From: Gemmatimonadaceae bacterium
GTDB lineage: Bacteria; Gemmatimonadota; Gemmatimonadetes; Gemmatimonadales; Gemmatimonadaceae
NCBI GenBank assembly: GCA_036401195.1
Contig: DASWVQ010000274.1
Coordinates: 14-64,013, forward strand
Direction of reading: 5' to 3'
Length of the DNA stretch: 64,000 bases
Positions within the stretch are counted from its first letter, which is position 1. Each line of letters starts with the position of its first letter. The translations under genes and the position numbers were made by a program. A model generated the notes under the pieces. The model made no database searches. It worked only from the letters and a program-made list of their open reading frames with translations, and had not been told where the DNA came from. This document shows positions 36,154 through 45,535 of the stretch, in pieces.

Positions 36154-38105
36154 CGCAGATCGCGGTGGGGGGCGTGGCGGTGGAGTTCGGGGCCACGACC
36201 GTCTTCGAGGACATCACCTTCACCGTCGCCGCGCGCGACCGGTGGGGGATCGTGGGGCGCAACGGCACCGGCAAGACGACGCTCTTCTCCCTGCTCACCG
36301 GCGAGCGGAAGCCGACCCGGGGGAACGTGGTGATCCAGCCCGGGGTGCGGGTGTCGCTCCTGGAGCAGCACCGCGAGTTCGGCGACGGGACCACGATCTG
36401 GGAAGCCGCCGCGGGGCCCTTCGCCGACCTGATGGCGCTGGAGGCATCGCTCGCGGAGCAGGCCGCGGCGCTGGCGCACGACGCGAGCGACGCCGCGCTG
36501 GAGCGCTTCGCGCGGGACCAGGAGCGCTTCGAGCACGAGGGGGGGTACACCTTCACCCCCCGGGTCGACGCGGTGCTCCAGGGCCTCGGCTTCGATCCCG
36601 ACCAGGCGCGGGTGCGCCACATCGGCGAGCTCTCGGGGGGTGAGCGTGGCCGCGTGGGGCTGGCGCGCCAGCTGGTGACCGACGCGGAGGTGCTCCTGCT
36701 CGACGAGCCCACCAACCATCTCGACCTCGAGACGACGCGCTGGCTGGAGCTGTACCTGAAGTCGAGCGACCGCACCGTGCTGGTCGTGAGCCACGACCGC
36801 GCCTTCCTCGCGGCGATCGCCGACCACATCCTCCACTTCGAGGGAGGGACGGCGACGCCGTACAACGCGGGCTACGAGGATTTCGTGCACCAGCGCGCGG
36901 AGCGGCGGCTGGCGCAGGCGCGCGCTTTCGAGAAGCAGCAGCGGGTGATCGCCTCGGAGCAGGACTACATCGCGCGCAACCTCGCCGGCCAGAACTCGTC
37001 GCAGGCCAAGGGGCGGCGCAAGCGGCTGGAGCGCATGGAGCGGCTCTCCGGGCCCACCGGCGAGGCCGGCGCGATGGCGCTGCGCCTCGAGGCCGCCTCG
37101 CGCGGGGGCGACCAGGTGGTGGTCACCGACCGCCTGCAGGTGGACGTGCCGGGGCGCGTGCTGCTGCGCGACTTCACCACCGTGCTGCCGCGCGGCGCGC
37201 GCGTGGGGCTCGTGGGCCCCAACGGCGCGGGGAAGTCGACGCTGCTGCGCACGATCGTCGGCGACCTGCCGCCGGCGCGCGGGGGCGCGCGGCTCGGCTC
37301 GGGGATCACGGTGGCCTACTACCGGCAGGACATGGCGCAGGTCCCGCTCGACCAGCCGCTCTACCAGATCATCGCCGACCTGCGCCCCATGTGGGAGCGG
37401 CGCATGGTGCAGGGGCACCTCGGGCGCTTCGGCTTCTCGGGCGACGAGGCGCAGCGCATCGCGGGAACCCTTTCGGGAGGCGAGCGCTCCCGCGTGGCGC
37501 TGGCGATGCTGATGCTGACCCACGCCAACCTGCTCGTGCTCGACGAGCCCACCAACCACCTCGACGTGGAGAGCATCGAGGCGCTGGAGGATGCGCTCAC
37601 CGAGTATGAGGGCACCGTGCTGCTGGTGAGCCACGACCGCGCGCTGCTCCGCGGGATCGTGGACGGGGTGTGGGTGCTGCACGAGCAGGAGATCACGGAG
37701 TTCGACGGCAGCTTCGCCGAGTGGGAGGCGGTGAGCGAGGAGCGCCGGCGCGCCGCGGAGGTCGCGGCCTCGGAGGCGGAAGCGCTCCGCCGCGTGCACG
37801 AGAAGCAGAAGCTGCAGTCGCGCCAGGCCGCGGCGCCGAAGGGGCGCGATCGCGACGACGGGCGGAAGGAGCTGCGCAAGGTGAGCCGGCAGCTCGAGGA
37901 GGTGGAGCAGCGGATCGCCACGCTCGAGGCGCGGGTGGGCGCGCTCACCACCACGCTGGGCGATCCGTCGCTGTACGGCACCCCGGAGGGGGTGGAGCGC
38001 GCGCACCGCGCGTCGGCGGATCTCGAGGAGGGGCGGCGCGCGCTCGACGCGGCGCTCGAGGAGTGGACGGCGCTCACGGAGCGCGTGGAGGCGCTCACGC
38101 CATGA
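36150..38105 (+). CDS. ABC-F family ATPase (two NBDs, no TMD, C-terminal coiled coil)
   Basis: GRNGTGKTTLF and GPNGAGKSTLL Walker A motifs, LSGGERGR and LSGGERSR signatures. The GTG start overlaps the upstream stop (GTGA). Confidence 0.9.
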   Translation: MTQIAVGGVAVEFGATTVFEDITFTVAARDRWGIVGRNGTGKTTLFSLLTGERKPTRGNVVIQPGVRVSLLEQHREFGDGTTIWEAAAGPFADLMALEASLAEQAAALAHDASDAALERFARDQERFEHEGGYTFTPRVDAVLQGLGFDPDQARVRHIGELSGGERGRVGLARQLVTDAEVLLLDEPTNHLDLETTRWLELYLKSSDRTVLVVSHDRAFLAAIADHILHFEGGTATPYNAGYEDFVHQRAERRLAQARAFEKQQRVIASEQDYIARNLAGQNSSQAKGRRKRLERMERLSGPTGEAGAMALRLEAASRGGDQVVVTDRLQVDVPGRVLLRDFTTVLPRGARVGLVGPNGAGKSTLLRTIVGDLPPARGGARLGSGITVAYYRQDMAQVPLDQPLYQIIADLRPMWERRMVQGHLGRFGFSGDEAQRIAGTLSGGERSRVALAMLMLTHANLLVLDEPTNHLDVESIEALEDALTEYEGTVLLVSHDRALLRGIVDGVWVLHEQEITEFDGSFAEWEAVSEERRRAAEVAASEAEALRRVHEKQKLQSRQAAAPKGRDRDDGRKELRKVSRQLEEVEQRIATLEARVGALTTTLGDPSLYGTPEGVERAHRASADLEEGRRALDAALEEWTALTERVEALTP

Positions 38106-40396
38106 GCCCGGCGCCCCCGGCGACCGGGCTCGCGCCGCCGGGGGCGCTCCTGGTGGCAGGCGTCGTGGCGCTCCTCGTGACCGCCGCACCGGGCGCCGCC
38201 GCGCAGCGACGGCCGGATCCGGACAGCACGGCGCGCGTCGAGACCTCCGCGTACGCCACGGAACCGCTGCGGGCGCTGGTGGCGGCCGCCGCGGAGGCAA
38301 ACCGCCGGGCACCGGATTCCCTCGCGGGCTACGCCGCCCGCGTCGAGAGCGAGATGGCCCTCGGGTTGCGCGACACCCTCGGCGTGGACCGCACCACCCA
38401 GGTGGAGCAGTTCGCCCTCGACGCCCGCTGGCATCGCTCCGGGCGATACGACCTGCACGTGATCGGCTATCGGTCGCAGCTGCTCGGGCCGTCGCTGTCG
38501 ATGCTCTCCTTCCTGCGGGGATGGACGGTGCCGGTGCTCTATGGGAACCGCCTGCGCCTGGGGATCGTGGGCGACACGACGCGCCGCCGCCGCTCCCCAT
38601 TCCCCGCGCGACGCTCGCGGACGATGGATGGCGACAGCGGCGCGGTCGTCGTGCACCCCCTCGCCGGGGATCGCGATCGCTTCTATCGCTTCGAGGGGGG
38701 CGACACGGTCGCCGTCCTTCGCACGAAGTGGCGGGAGATCCCCGTGGCGCGGGTCCGGGTGCGCCCCGCCCCGAACGCCCCGGCTGCCGCCCTCCTCTTC
38801 GAGGGCGACCTGGACCTCGATGCGACGCGGCGCGAGGTGGTGCGCATGCGCGGAAAGCTCGTGCGGGTCGACCCGGCGAGGGACTTCGGCGGCGTGACCG
38901 GGAAGGGGCGCGTGGTGAGCGGGGTGGGCTACTTCGAGTTCGAGAACGCCGAGATCGACGGGAAGTACTGGCTTCCCACCTACCAGCGCACCGAGATGCA
39001 GGGGTTCTTCACCCCGATGGGAGACGTCCGGTCGGTCTTCCGGATCGTGTCGCGCTTCCGGCAGGTCACGCCGAACGATCCCCGCGTGCTGGCGATGGGC
39101 GCGCGGCCGGACAGCGGGGGGGCCGACGCGTACCGCCTCTCCCGCGCCGGCGGGGACAGCACCGCGCGCTACGGCGGCTGGGAGCTGCCCCTGGGGGAGG
39201 CCAACGCGAGGGTCAGCGCCGACGACTTCACCGATCTCGCCCCGCGGGCCTGGTCGACGACGGGGCCGCCGGTCATCGAGCTGCGCGCGCGTCGCTTCGG
39301 GGAGTTCGTCCACTTCAACCGGGTGGAGGGACTGTACACCGGGCTGGCCGGGCAGCTGCGGCTGCGCGACGTGGCACCGGGGGTGGTGCTCCGCGCGAAT
39401 GCCGGATGGGGATGGGCGGAAGGGACGGCCCGCGGGGCGGCAGCGGCGGACTGGCAGCGGGGGAGCCAGCTCTGGACGGCGCGGGTGGAACGCGCGCTCG
39501 AGGGGACGGGGGACCTCGCGGTGGATGCGCGGAGCGGGTCCAGCATCGGGGCCCTGCTCTATTCCCTCGACAACCAGGACTACGTGGATCGTCGGTCGGC
39601 GACCCTCTCGCTGATGACCGGCGCGCGGGCCAACCCCCTCGCGCGCTTCCGGGTGGAGGTGGGCGCGGTGAGCGACCGGGGGGTGCGGCCTCACCTGGAG
39701 CGCGGCCTGTTCGGGAGCGACACCGGATTCCGGCCGATGCGCGGGATCGACGCGGGGCGCTACGCGCGGGCGCTGATCCAGCTGGACCTCGCCCCGCGCG
39801 CCTCCGGGGAGTTCCTGGACGAGGGGCTTGGGAGCTCGATCCGGGTCGAAGCCGGGAGGGGCGACCTGACGTACGAACGGATCGACGCGAACGCGGTGTT
39901 GCGATGGGAACGCGGCAAAATGCTCGTATTCGGTCGCGTTGCAGGCGTATTAGTGACAGGGTCACCACCACCACAGCAGCTCGTCGAGCTGGGGGACCAG
40001 GAGGGGCTCGCGGGGTACGGCTACCGCCAGTTCACCGGCGATCGCGGAGCGCTCGGGCAGCTCACCGCGCACTGGCGCTTCGGGTGGCTCACCACGCCGT
40101 ACCGGATCAGCGGGCGTCTGGTCGTTCCGGGGTTGGCCCCCGGCGTGGCCGCGGGAATCCAGGGGGGGTGGACCGAGCTGGCAACACCTGAGGGTCGGGT
40201 GGCGGCGACGTCGCTCCTTCGACCCCTCGGGCTGGTGCCGGCTGGCACCGGCGGCGTGCGCGCCACGGTGGATGCCCGGCTCACCTTCTTCGGGGGAGCG
40301 GTCGGCGTGGGAGTGGCCCGGCCGATCGATGGGTTCCGGGACCGCCGGGGCGGCTGGCGCTTCGTCTTCACCCTCGGCCAGTCGCTCGGATCCTGA
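38102..40396 (+). CDS. secreted 764-aa protein with C-terminal Omp85 (surface antigen)-like beta-barrel motifs
   Basis: Signal peptide ...APGAAAQ. C-terminus: LGDQEGLAGYGYRQFTGDRGALGQLTAHWRF ... GGAVGVGVARPID...WRFVFTLGQS. The ATG overlaps the ABC-F stop (ATGA). Confidence 0.7.
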   Translation: MSPAPPATGLAPPGALLVAGVVALLVTAAPGAAAQRRPDPDSTARVETSAYATEPLRALVAAAAEANRRAPDSLAGYAARVESEMALGLRDTLGVDRTTQVEQFALDARWHRSGRYDLHVIGYRSQLLGPSLSMLSFLRGWTVPVLYGNRLRLGIVGDTTRRRRSPFPARRSRTMDGDSGAVVVHPLAGDRDRFYRFEGGDTVAVLRTKWREIPVARVRVRPAPNAPAAALLFEGDLDLDATRREVVRMRGKLVRVDPARDFGGVTGKGRVVSGVGYFEFENAEIDGKYWLPTYQRTEMQGFFTPMGDVRSVFRIVSRFRQVTPNDPRVLAMGARPDSGGADAYRLSRAGGDSTARYGGWELPLGEANARVSADDFTDLAPRAWSTTGPPVIELRARRFGEFVHFNRVEGLYTGLAGQLRLRDVAPGVVLRANAGWGWAEGTARGAAAADWQRGSQLWTARVERALEGTGDLAVDARSGSSIGALLYSLDNQDYVDRRSATLSLMTGARANPLARFRVEVGAVSDRGVRPHLERGLFGSDTGFRPMRGIDAGRYARALIQLDLAPRASGEFLDEGLGSSIRVEAGRGDLTYERIDANAVLRWERGKMLVFGRVAGVLVTGSPPPQQLVELGDQEGLAGYGYRQFTGDRGALGQLTAHWRFGWLTTPYRISGRLVVPGLAPGVAAGIQGGWTELATPEGRVAATSLLRPLGLVPAGTGGVRATVDARLTFFGGAVGVGVARPIDGFRDRRGGWRFVFTLGQSLGS

Positions 40397-40405
40397 CCGG
40401 GACCC

Positions 40406-41368
40406 TCAGAACTCGCCGATGAAGCCGATCTCCGGCTGGAGCTCGTGGCCGAACTTCGCCTTCACCGCCTGCTGCGCGATGGCGATGAGCTCCCGCACGT
40501 CCTTCGCGGTGGCCCCGCCCAGGTTGATGAGGATGTTCGCGTGGTTGTGGGAGATCTGCGCGTTGCCGTGGCGGAACCCCTTGAGCCCGCACTGATCCAC
40601 CAGCCGGCCCGCCCCGACCCCCTCGATCTTCTTGAAGATCGATCCGGCACTCGGGTGCCAGTCGAGCCAGGGGTGCCGCGACCCGCGCCACGACAGGTTC
40701 TCCTGGATCACCCGCTGCATCGCGTCGGGGTCGCCGCGGGTGAGCCGGAAAGTCACTGACAGGGCGATGTCGCGGCGGTGGTGGAACACCGTGTCGTCGT
40801 AGCCGAACTTCACGTAGTCCGGTCCCACCTCTTTCCGCTCGTTCTCCTCGCTCAGGATCTCGCAGGACTCGAACACCTCGGCGATGAACATCGTCCGCTC
40901 CCGTTCGGGCGCGGGCGAGAGGAAGTGGAGGTTCTGCCACACCGCGCCCCCCACCGTGCTCGGGATCCCTGCGTAGTGCTCCAGTCCGGACCACCCCCGC
41001 GCCACCGCTTCCTGGAGCAGCTCCTTCATCACCGCCCCCGACTCCGTCCACAGGTGGCAGGTGTCGGTTCCCTCCTCGCGGAACTCCCGGTGCCGGGAGG
41101 TGTTCCGGATGACGAGCCCCCGGAAGCCCCGGTCGCCCACGAGGATGTTGGCGCCGAGCCCGAGGACGAAGTAGGGGACCCCCTGCTGGCGGGCGGCCAG
41201 CACCGCGCCGGCAAGGGCGTCCGCCGAGGTGGCCTCGAAGAAGAGGTCGGCTGGCCCGCCGATCCGGAAGGTGGTATAAGGAGCGATGGCCTCGCCCCGC
41301 CGCAGGTGCGCGGGATCGAGATGCTGAGCCAGCGCATCGAGCGCCACGGGAGCGATGGTCGAAGTCAT
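40406..41368 (-). CDS. murB: UDP-N-acetylenolpyruvoylglucosamine reductase
   Basis: APYTTFRIGGPADLF, LGLGANILV, SAGSIFKK motifs; 320 aa from internal ATG 41368. Confidence 0.93.
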   Translation of the reverse strand: MTSTIAPVALDALAQHLDPAHLRRGEAIAPYTTFRIGGPADLFFEATSADALAGAVLAARQQGVPYFVLGLGANILVGDRGFRGLVIRNTSRHREFREEGTDTCHLWTESGAVMKELLQEAVARGWSGLEHYAGIPSTVGGAVWQNLHFLSPAPERERTMFIAEVFESCEILSEENERKEVGPDYVKFGYDDTVFHHRRDIALSVTFRLTRGDPDAMQRVIQENLSWRGSRHPWLDWHPSAGSIFKKIEGVGAGRLVDQCGLKGFRHGNAQISHNHANILINLGGATAKDVRELIAIAQQAVKAKFGHELQPEIGFIGEF

Positions 41369-42776
41369 GAGCAGGGCTAAAGAAACCACGGGCCGGACCG
41401 GACCGCTACTCGCGCGCGTCGTTGCAGCAATCATGCTGACGCTGCTCGCGGCGCTCCCCGCCCTCGGGCAGCGCGCCGAGCTGGAGAAGCGGATCCGGCG
41501 CTCCACGCTGCCCAACGGGCTCGAGGTGATCGTCGTCGAGAATCCCGGCGTCCCCCTCGTCACCGTGGAGGCCGTGGTCCGCAACGGCTCGTTCGTGCAG
41601 ACCCCGGAAATCGAGGGGCTGGCCCACATGTACGAGCACATGATCTTCGGGGCCAACGTGGCCTTTCCCAGCGCGCAGCGCTTCATCGGCCGCCTCTCCC
41701 AGCTGGGGGCCGACTTCAACGGCTCGACCAGCGAGGAACGGGTGAACTACTACATCACCCTCCCCGCCGACTCCCTCGAGCCGGGAATGCAGGCCCTCGC
41801 CACCGCGCTCCGCTTCCCCCTCTTCCGCCCCGACGAGCTGGCGCGCGAGAAGCAGGTGGTGCTGGGTGAGTACGACCGGAACGAAGCCGATCCCTTCTTC
41901 GGCTTCCAGCAGCGGGTGGGCCACGCCCTCTGGGGCGAGGCGTGGACGCAGAAGAACCCGCTCGGCCGGCGCGAGGTGATCGAGCGCGTCACGCCGGAGC
42001 AGATGCGCGCCATCCAGCGGCGATATTACGTCCCGAACAACACGGCGATCATCGTGGCGGGGGCCGTCGCCGCCGACCGGGTGTTCGCGCTGGCGCGCGC
42101 GGCCTTCGGGGAATGGCCGCGCGGCGCCGATCCCTTCGCGGCCAGTCCCGTCCCTCCCGTCCCGCCGCTGCCGGCGTCCACGGCGATCATGGTCGAGCAG
42201 CCGATCGGCGGGGCGATGGTGCTGCGGCAGTGGCACGGCCCGAGCGCGCGGCGCGACGTGGACGCCACCTACGCCGCGGACGTCTTTTCCGATGTCCTCA
42301 ACGAGCCCGGCTCGCGCTTCCAGCGACGGCTGGTGGAGAGCGGGCTGTTCTCGACCCTCCGCGTCAACTACTACACGCTGGCGCATACCGGTCCCATCAC
42401 CATCTTCGGCGAGACGCGGCCGGAGCAGCTGCGCACCGCGCTGCGCGCGCTCGACGAGGAGCTCCAGCGCATCGTGGACGATCCGGCGTACTTCGACCAG
42501 GGGCTGTTCGAGTCGGTGAAGCGGCAGCGCGTCGCGGGGACGATGTTCTCCCTGGAGCGCGCGTCGGGATTCGCCCACCAGCTGGGGTTCTGGTGGAGCG
42601 TGACGGGGCTCGACTACTTCCTCGGCTACGTGGACGCGATGGCGAGGCAGACGCCCGCCGACCTCCGGCGCTACGCGCGCGAGTACCTCGTGGGAAAGCC
42701 GCACGTGACGGGAGTGCTCCTCCCCTCGGGGGCCGGGGCGGCCCTCGGGATCACCGAAGCGGAGCTCGCGCGATGA
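41355..42776 (+). CDS. M16 (pitrilysin) family zinc peptidase, catalytic subunit
   Basis: HxxEH motif in GLAHMYEHMIFG; signal peptide. The start could be ATG 41355 or 41367. Confidence 0.88.
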   Translation: MVEVMSRAKETTGRTGPLLARVVAAIMLTLLAALPALGQRAELEKRIRRSTLPNGLEVIVVENPGVPLVTVEAVVRNGSFVQTPEIEGLAHMYEHMIFGANVAFPSAQRFIGRLSQLGADFNGSTSEERVNYYITLPADSLEPGMQALATALRFPLFRPDELAREKQVVLGEYDRNEADPFFGFQQRVGHALWGEAWTQKNPLGRREVIERVTPEQMRAIQRRYYVPNNTAIIVAGAVAADRVFALARAAFGEWPRGADPFAASPVPPVPPLPASTAIMVEQPIGGAMVLRQWHGPSARRDVDATYAADVFSDVLNEPGSRFQRRLVESGLFSTLRVNYYTLAHTGPITIFGETRPEQLRTALRALDEELQRIVDDPAYFDQGLFESVKRQRVAGTMFSLERASGFAHQLGFWWSVTGLDYFLGYVDAMARQTPADLRRYAREYLVGKPHVTGVLLPSGAGAALGITEAELAR

Positions 42777-44131
42777 CGCGCGCGGCGTGGTGCGCCCTCG
42801 TCCTCGCCGCGCTGTCCGCGGACATCGCGGGCGCGCAGGTCCCCTTCCGCGTCTCCGCCGGCGACAGCGCGGCGGGGGCCGGACCCGCGCTCGCGGTGGC
42901 CCGCGACACCGCCACCATGCGCTTCGACGTGGGCGGCGTGCGCGTGATCCTGCGGCGGAATCCGGCCAACGACGTGGTGGCGGCGAACCTCTACCTCCTC
43001 GGCGGCGCGCGGCAGCTGGCCGACAGCACCGCCGGGATCGAGGCGCTGCTCCTCGCCGCGGCGGAGCGGGGCACGCGACGGTACCCCGGCGACCTGGCCC
43101 GGTCGGCGCTCGCGCGCACGGGCAGCACCATCGCGACCGACGTGGCGGAGGACTGGTCCCTCCTCAGCCTGCGCACCCTCCGGTCGGCGCTCGATTCGAG
43201 CTGGGCGGTGCTGGCCGACCGCGTGACCGCCCCCGCCCTCGACTCGGCGAGCGTGGAGGTGGTGCGCCGCCAGCTCCTGAACGGCGTGCGGCAGCGACGG
43301 CTGCAGCCCGACGCCGAGGTCACGGCGCTCGCGGAGAGCCTCCTGTACGTGGGGCATCCGTACGCGCGCGACCCGCTGGGCACCGAGCGCTCCCTCGCGC
43401 GCATCACGCTGGGCGAGCTGCGCCGCTACCAGCAGGAGCAGGTGGTCACCTCGCGGATGCTGCTCGTCGTCGTGGGCAACGTGGACCGCGCGGGGGTGAC
43501 GCGGCTGGTGGAGCGCACCCTCGGGCGCCTTCCCCGGGGCGGCTATCACTGGACCCTGCCCGCGGCGCCGGCGGCCGGGGGCGCGCAGCTGGTGCTGCGC
43601 CGGCAGCTTCCCACCAACTACATCCTCGGCTACTTCCCGGGCCCGGCCCCCACGAGCCCCGACTACGCCGCCCTGCGGGTCGCGTCGGCGGTGCTCTCGG
43701 GATCGCTGTTCGCCGAGATCCGCGGGCGGCAGAACCTCACCTACGCGGTGGACGCGCCCTTCGTGGAACATGCCGCGAGCGCGGGAGGGCTCTACGTGAC
43801 CACCGTGGCGCCAGACTCGGTCCTGCGGCTCATGCGCGCCGAGCTGGCGGTGATGCAGCAGGAGCTGCTCGACCCGGAGGGGCTCCAGCAGCTGGTGGGC
43901 CGCTTCATCACGGACTTCTTCCTGAAGAACGAGACGAACGCCGACCAGGCGAACTTCCTCGCCCGCGCGGAGCTCTACCAGGGCGACTACCGCGCCGCCG
44001 CGCGATTCGTGGACGACCTGCGGCAGGTGACGCCGGCGCAGGTGCGGCGGGTGGCGAACCGCTACTGGAAGGCGCTGCGGTGGGTCTACCTCGGCGACCC
44101 CGCGAAGCTGGACACCACGCTCCTGTGGTGA
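42773..44131 (+). CDS. M16 family peptidase, non-catalytic partner subunit
   Basis: M16 fold pattern without HxxEH. The ATG overlaps the upstream stop (ATGA). Confidence 0.8.
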   Translation: MTRAAWCALVLAALSADIAGAQVPFRVSAGDSAAGAGPALAVARDTATMRFDVGGVRVILRRNPANDVVAANLYLLGGARQLADSTAGIEALLLAAAERGTRRYPGDLARSALARTGSTIATDVAEDWSLLSLRTLRSALDSSWAVLADRVTAPALDSASVEVVRRQLLNGVRQRRLQPDAEVTALAESLLYVGHPYARDPLGTERSLARITLGELRRYQQEQVVTSRMLLVVVGNVDRAGVTRLVERTLGRLPRGGYHWTLPAAPAAGGAQLVLRRQLPTNYILGYFPGPAPTSPDYAALRVASAVLSGSLFAEIRGRQNLTYAVDAPFVEHAASAGGLYVTTVAPDSVLRLMRAELAVMQQELLDPEGLQQLVGRFITDFFLKNETNADQANFLARAELYQGDYRAAARFVDDLRQVTPAQVRRVANRYWKALRWVYLGDPAKLDTTLLW

Positions 44132-44138
44132 GCGCGGG

Positions 44139-44768
44139 CTAGCGGAAGCGCCGCGCCGCCTCCTCCCGGAGGTCGTCGAGCGACACGCCCACCGCGCGCA
44201 GCGCGACCAGCGCATGATAGATGAGGTCCACCCCCTCCTCGACGGCGCGGGCGCGGTCCTCCTCCACGCACGCGACGGAAAGCTCCACGGCTTCCTCCCC
44301 CAGCTTCTTCAACCGCAGGTTGCGGTCGCCGAGCAGCCGGCGGGTATAGCTCGGCTTTTCCCCCGGCGCGTCGTCCTCGGCGGCGCGGGCGGCGAGGGTA
44401 CGGTCGAGGGCGCCCAGGGCGTCGGCGCCAAGCGCGTCGTCCCCGAAGCAGGAGGTCGTTCCCACGTGGCAGGCGGCCCCCGCCGGCAGCACGCGCGCGA
44501 GGATGGCGTCGGCGTCGCAGTCCATCGTGAGCGACACCACGCGCTGCACGTTGCCGCTCGTGGCCCCCTTGTGCCACGGCCCCCGCGTTCGGGAGCGGTA
44601 ATGCATCTCGCCGGTGGCCATCGTGCGCTCGAGCGCCTCCCGGTCGGCGTGCGCCACCATCAGCACGGCCCCGGTCCGTGCATGCTGCGCGACGACGGTC
44701 ACGAGGCCGTTCCCCTTGGTGAAGTCGAGGGCGTCGAGGTCGAGGGGGGTGAAGGCAGGGTCGGTCAT
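44139..44768 (-). CDS. hisI: bifunctional phosphoribosyl-AMP cyclohydrolase / phosphoribosyl-ATP pyrophosphatase
   Basis: GLVTVVAQHARTGAVLMVAHADREAL, SRTRGPWHKG, DCDADAIL (HisI), then YTRRLL...KLGEEAVE (HisE). Confidence 0.93.
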   Translation of the reverse strand: MTDPAFTPLDLDALDFTKGNGLVTVVAQHARTGAVLMVAHADREALERTMATGEMHYRSRTRGPWHKGATSGNVQRVVSLTMDCDADAILARVLPAGAACHVGTTSCFGDDALGADALGALDRTLAARAAEDDAPGEKPSYTRRLLGDRNLRLKKLGEEAVELSVACVEEDRARAVEEGVDLIYHALVALRAVGVSLDDLREEAARRFR

Positions 44769-45535
44769 GCGGGTACCAGGATGCGGCGCACCTCGGCGTC
44801 GAGGGCGCCGTTGGTGGCGAGGGTGTCGCCGCCGAAGGCGGTGGCGCGGCCGCGCCAGTCGGTGAACACGCCGCCGGCTTCGGAGATGATGGGCTGCAGC
44901 GCCGCCGCATCCCATGGGTTCATCACCGGGTCGCTCATCACCTCCGCGCGGCCGGTGGCCACGAGCAGGTAGCCGTAGCAGTCGCCCCAGGTGCGGCTGA
45001 TCGCGGCGCGCGCGGTGAGGGCCTGCCATCGCGCGAGGTACTCGGGCCGGTCGGGGAATCGGTCGTCGGTGGTGAGCACCGTGGCGCGCTCGAGCCGGTC
45101 CACCGCCGACACCTGGCAGCGGGCGCCATTCCACCAGCACCCCGCGCCCGGCGCCGCGGCGACCAGCTCCTCGACGCCCGGAAAGTAGGCGGCGCCGGCG
45201 AGCACCGTTTCGCCCTCGCAGAGCGCCACCAGCGTTCCCCAGAGGGGCACGCCGCGCACGAAGCTCTTCGTGCCGTCGATGGGATCGAGGATCCAGCGGC
45301 GCGCCGCGCCGGCATTGGACTCGCCGAACTCCTCCCCGAGGATCGCGTCCGAGGGGAAGCGCTCCCCGATCCACTCGCGCGCCGCCATCTCCGCGGCACG
45401 ATCGGCCGCGGTCACCGGCGAGCCGTCGCCCTTCCACTCCACGGCGATGTTCGCGCGCCAGTGCGACCGCGCGACGTCGCCCGCCAGGCGCGCCACGTCG
45501 GCGACCGCGGCGAGCAGCTCCTCGCTCGTCGTCAT
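44765..45535 (-). CDS. hisN: inositol-monophosphatase-family histidinol-phosphatase
   Basis: GEEFG, WILDPIDGTKSF, WDAAALQPII IMPase motifs, embedded in the his operon. Confidence 0.8.
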   Translation of the reverse strand: MTTSEELLAAVADVARLAGDVARSHWRANIAVEWKGDGSPVTAADRAAEMAAREWIGERFPSDAILGEEFGESNAGAARRWILDPIDGTKSFVRGVPLWGTLVALCEGETVLAGAAYFPGVEELVAAAPGAGCWWNGARCQVSAVDRLERATVLTTDDRFPDRPEYLARWQALTARAAISRTWGDCYGYLLVATGRAEVMSDPVMNPWDAAALQPIISEAGGVFTDWRGRATAFGGDTLATNGALDAEVRRILVPA

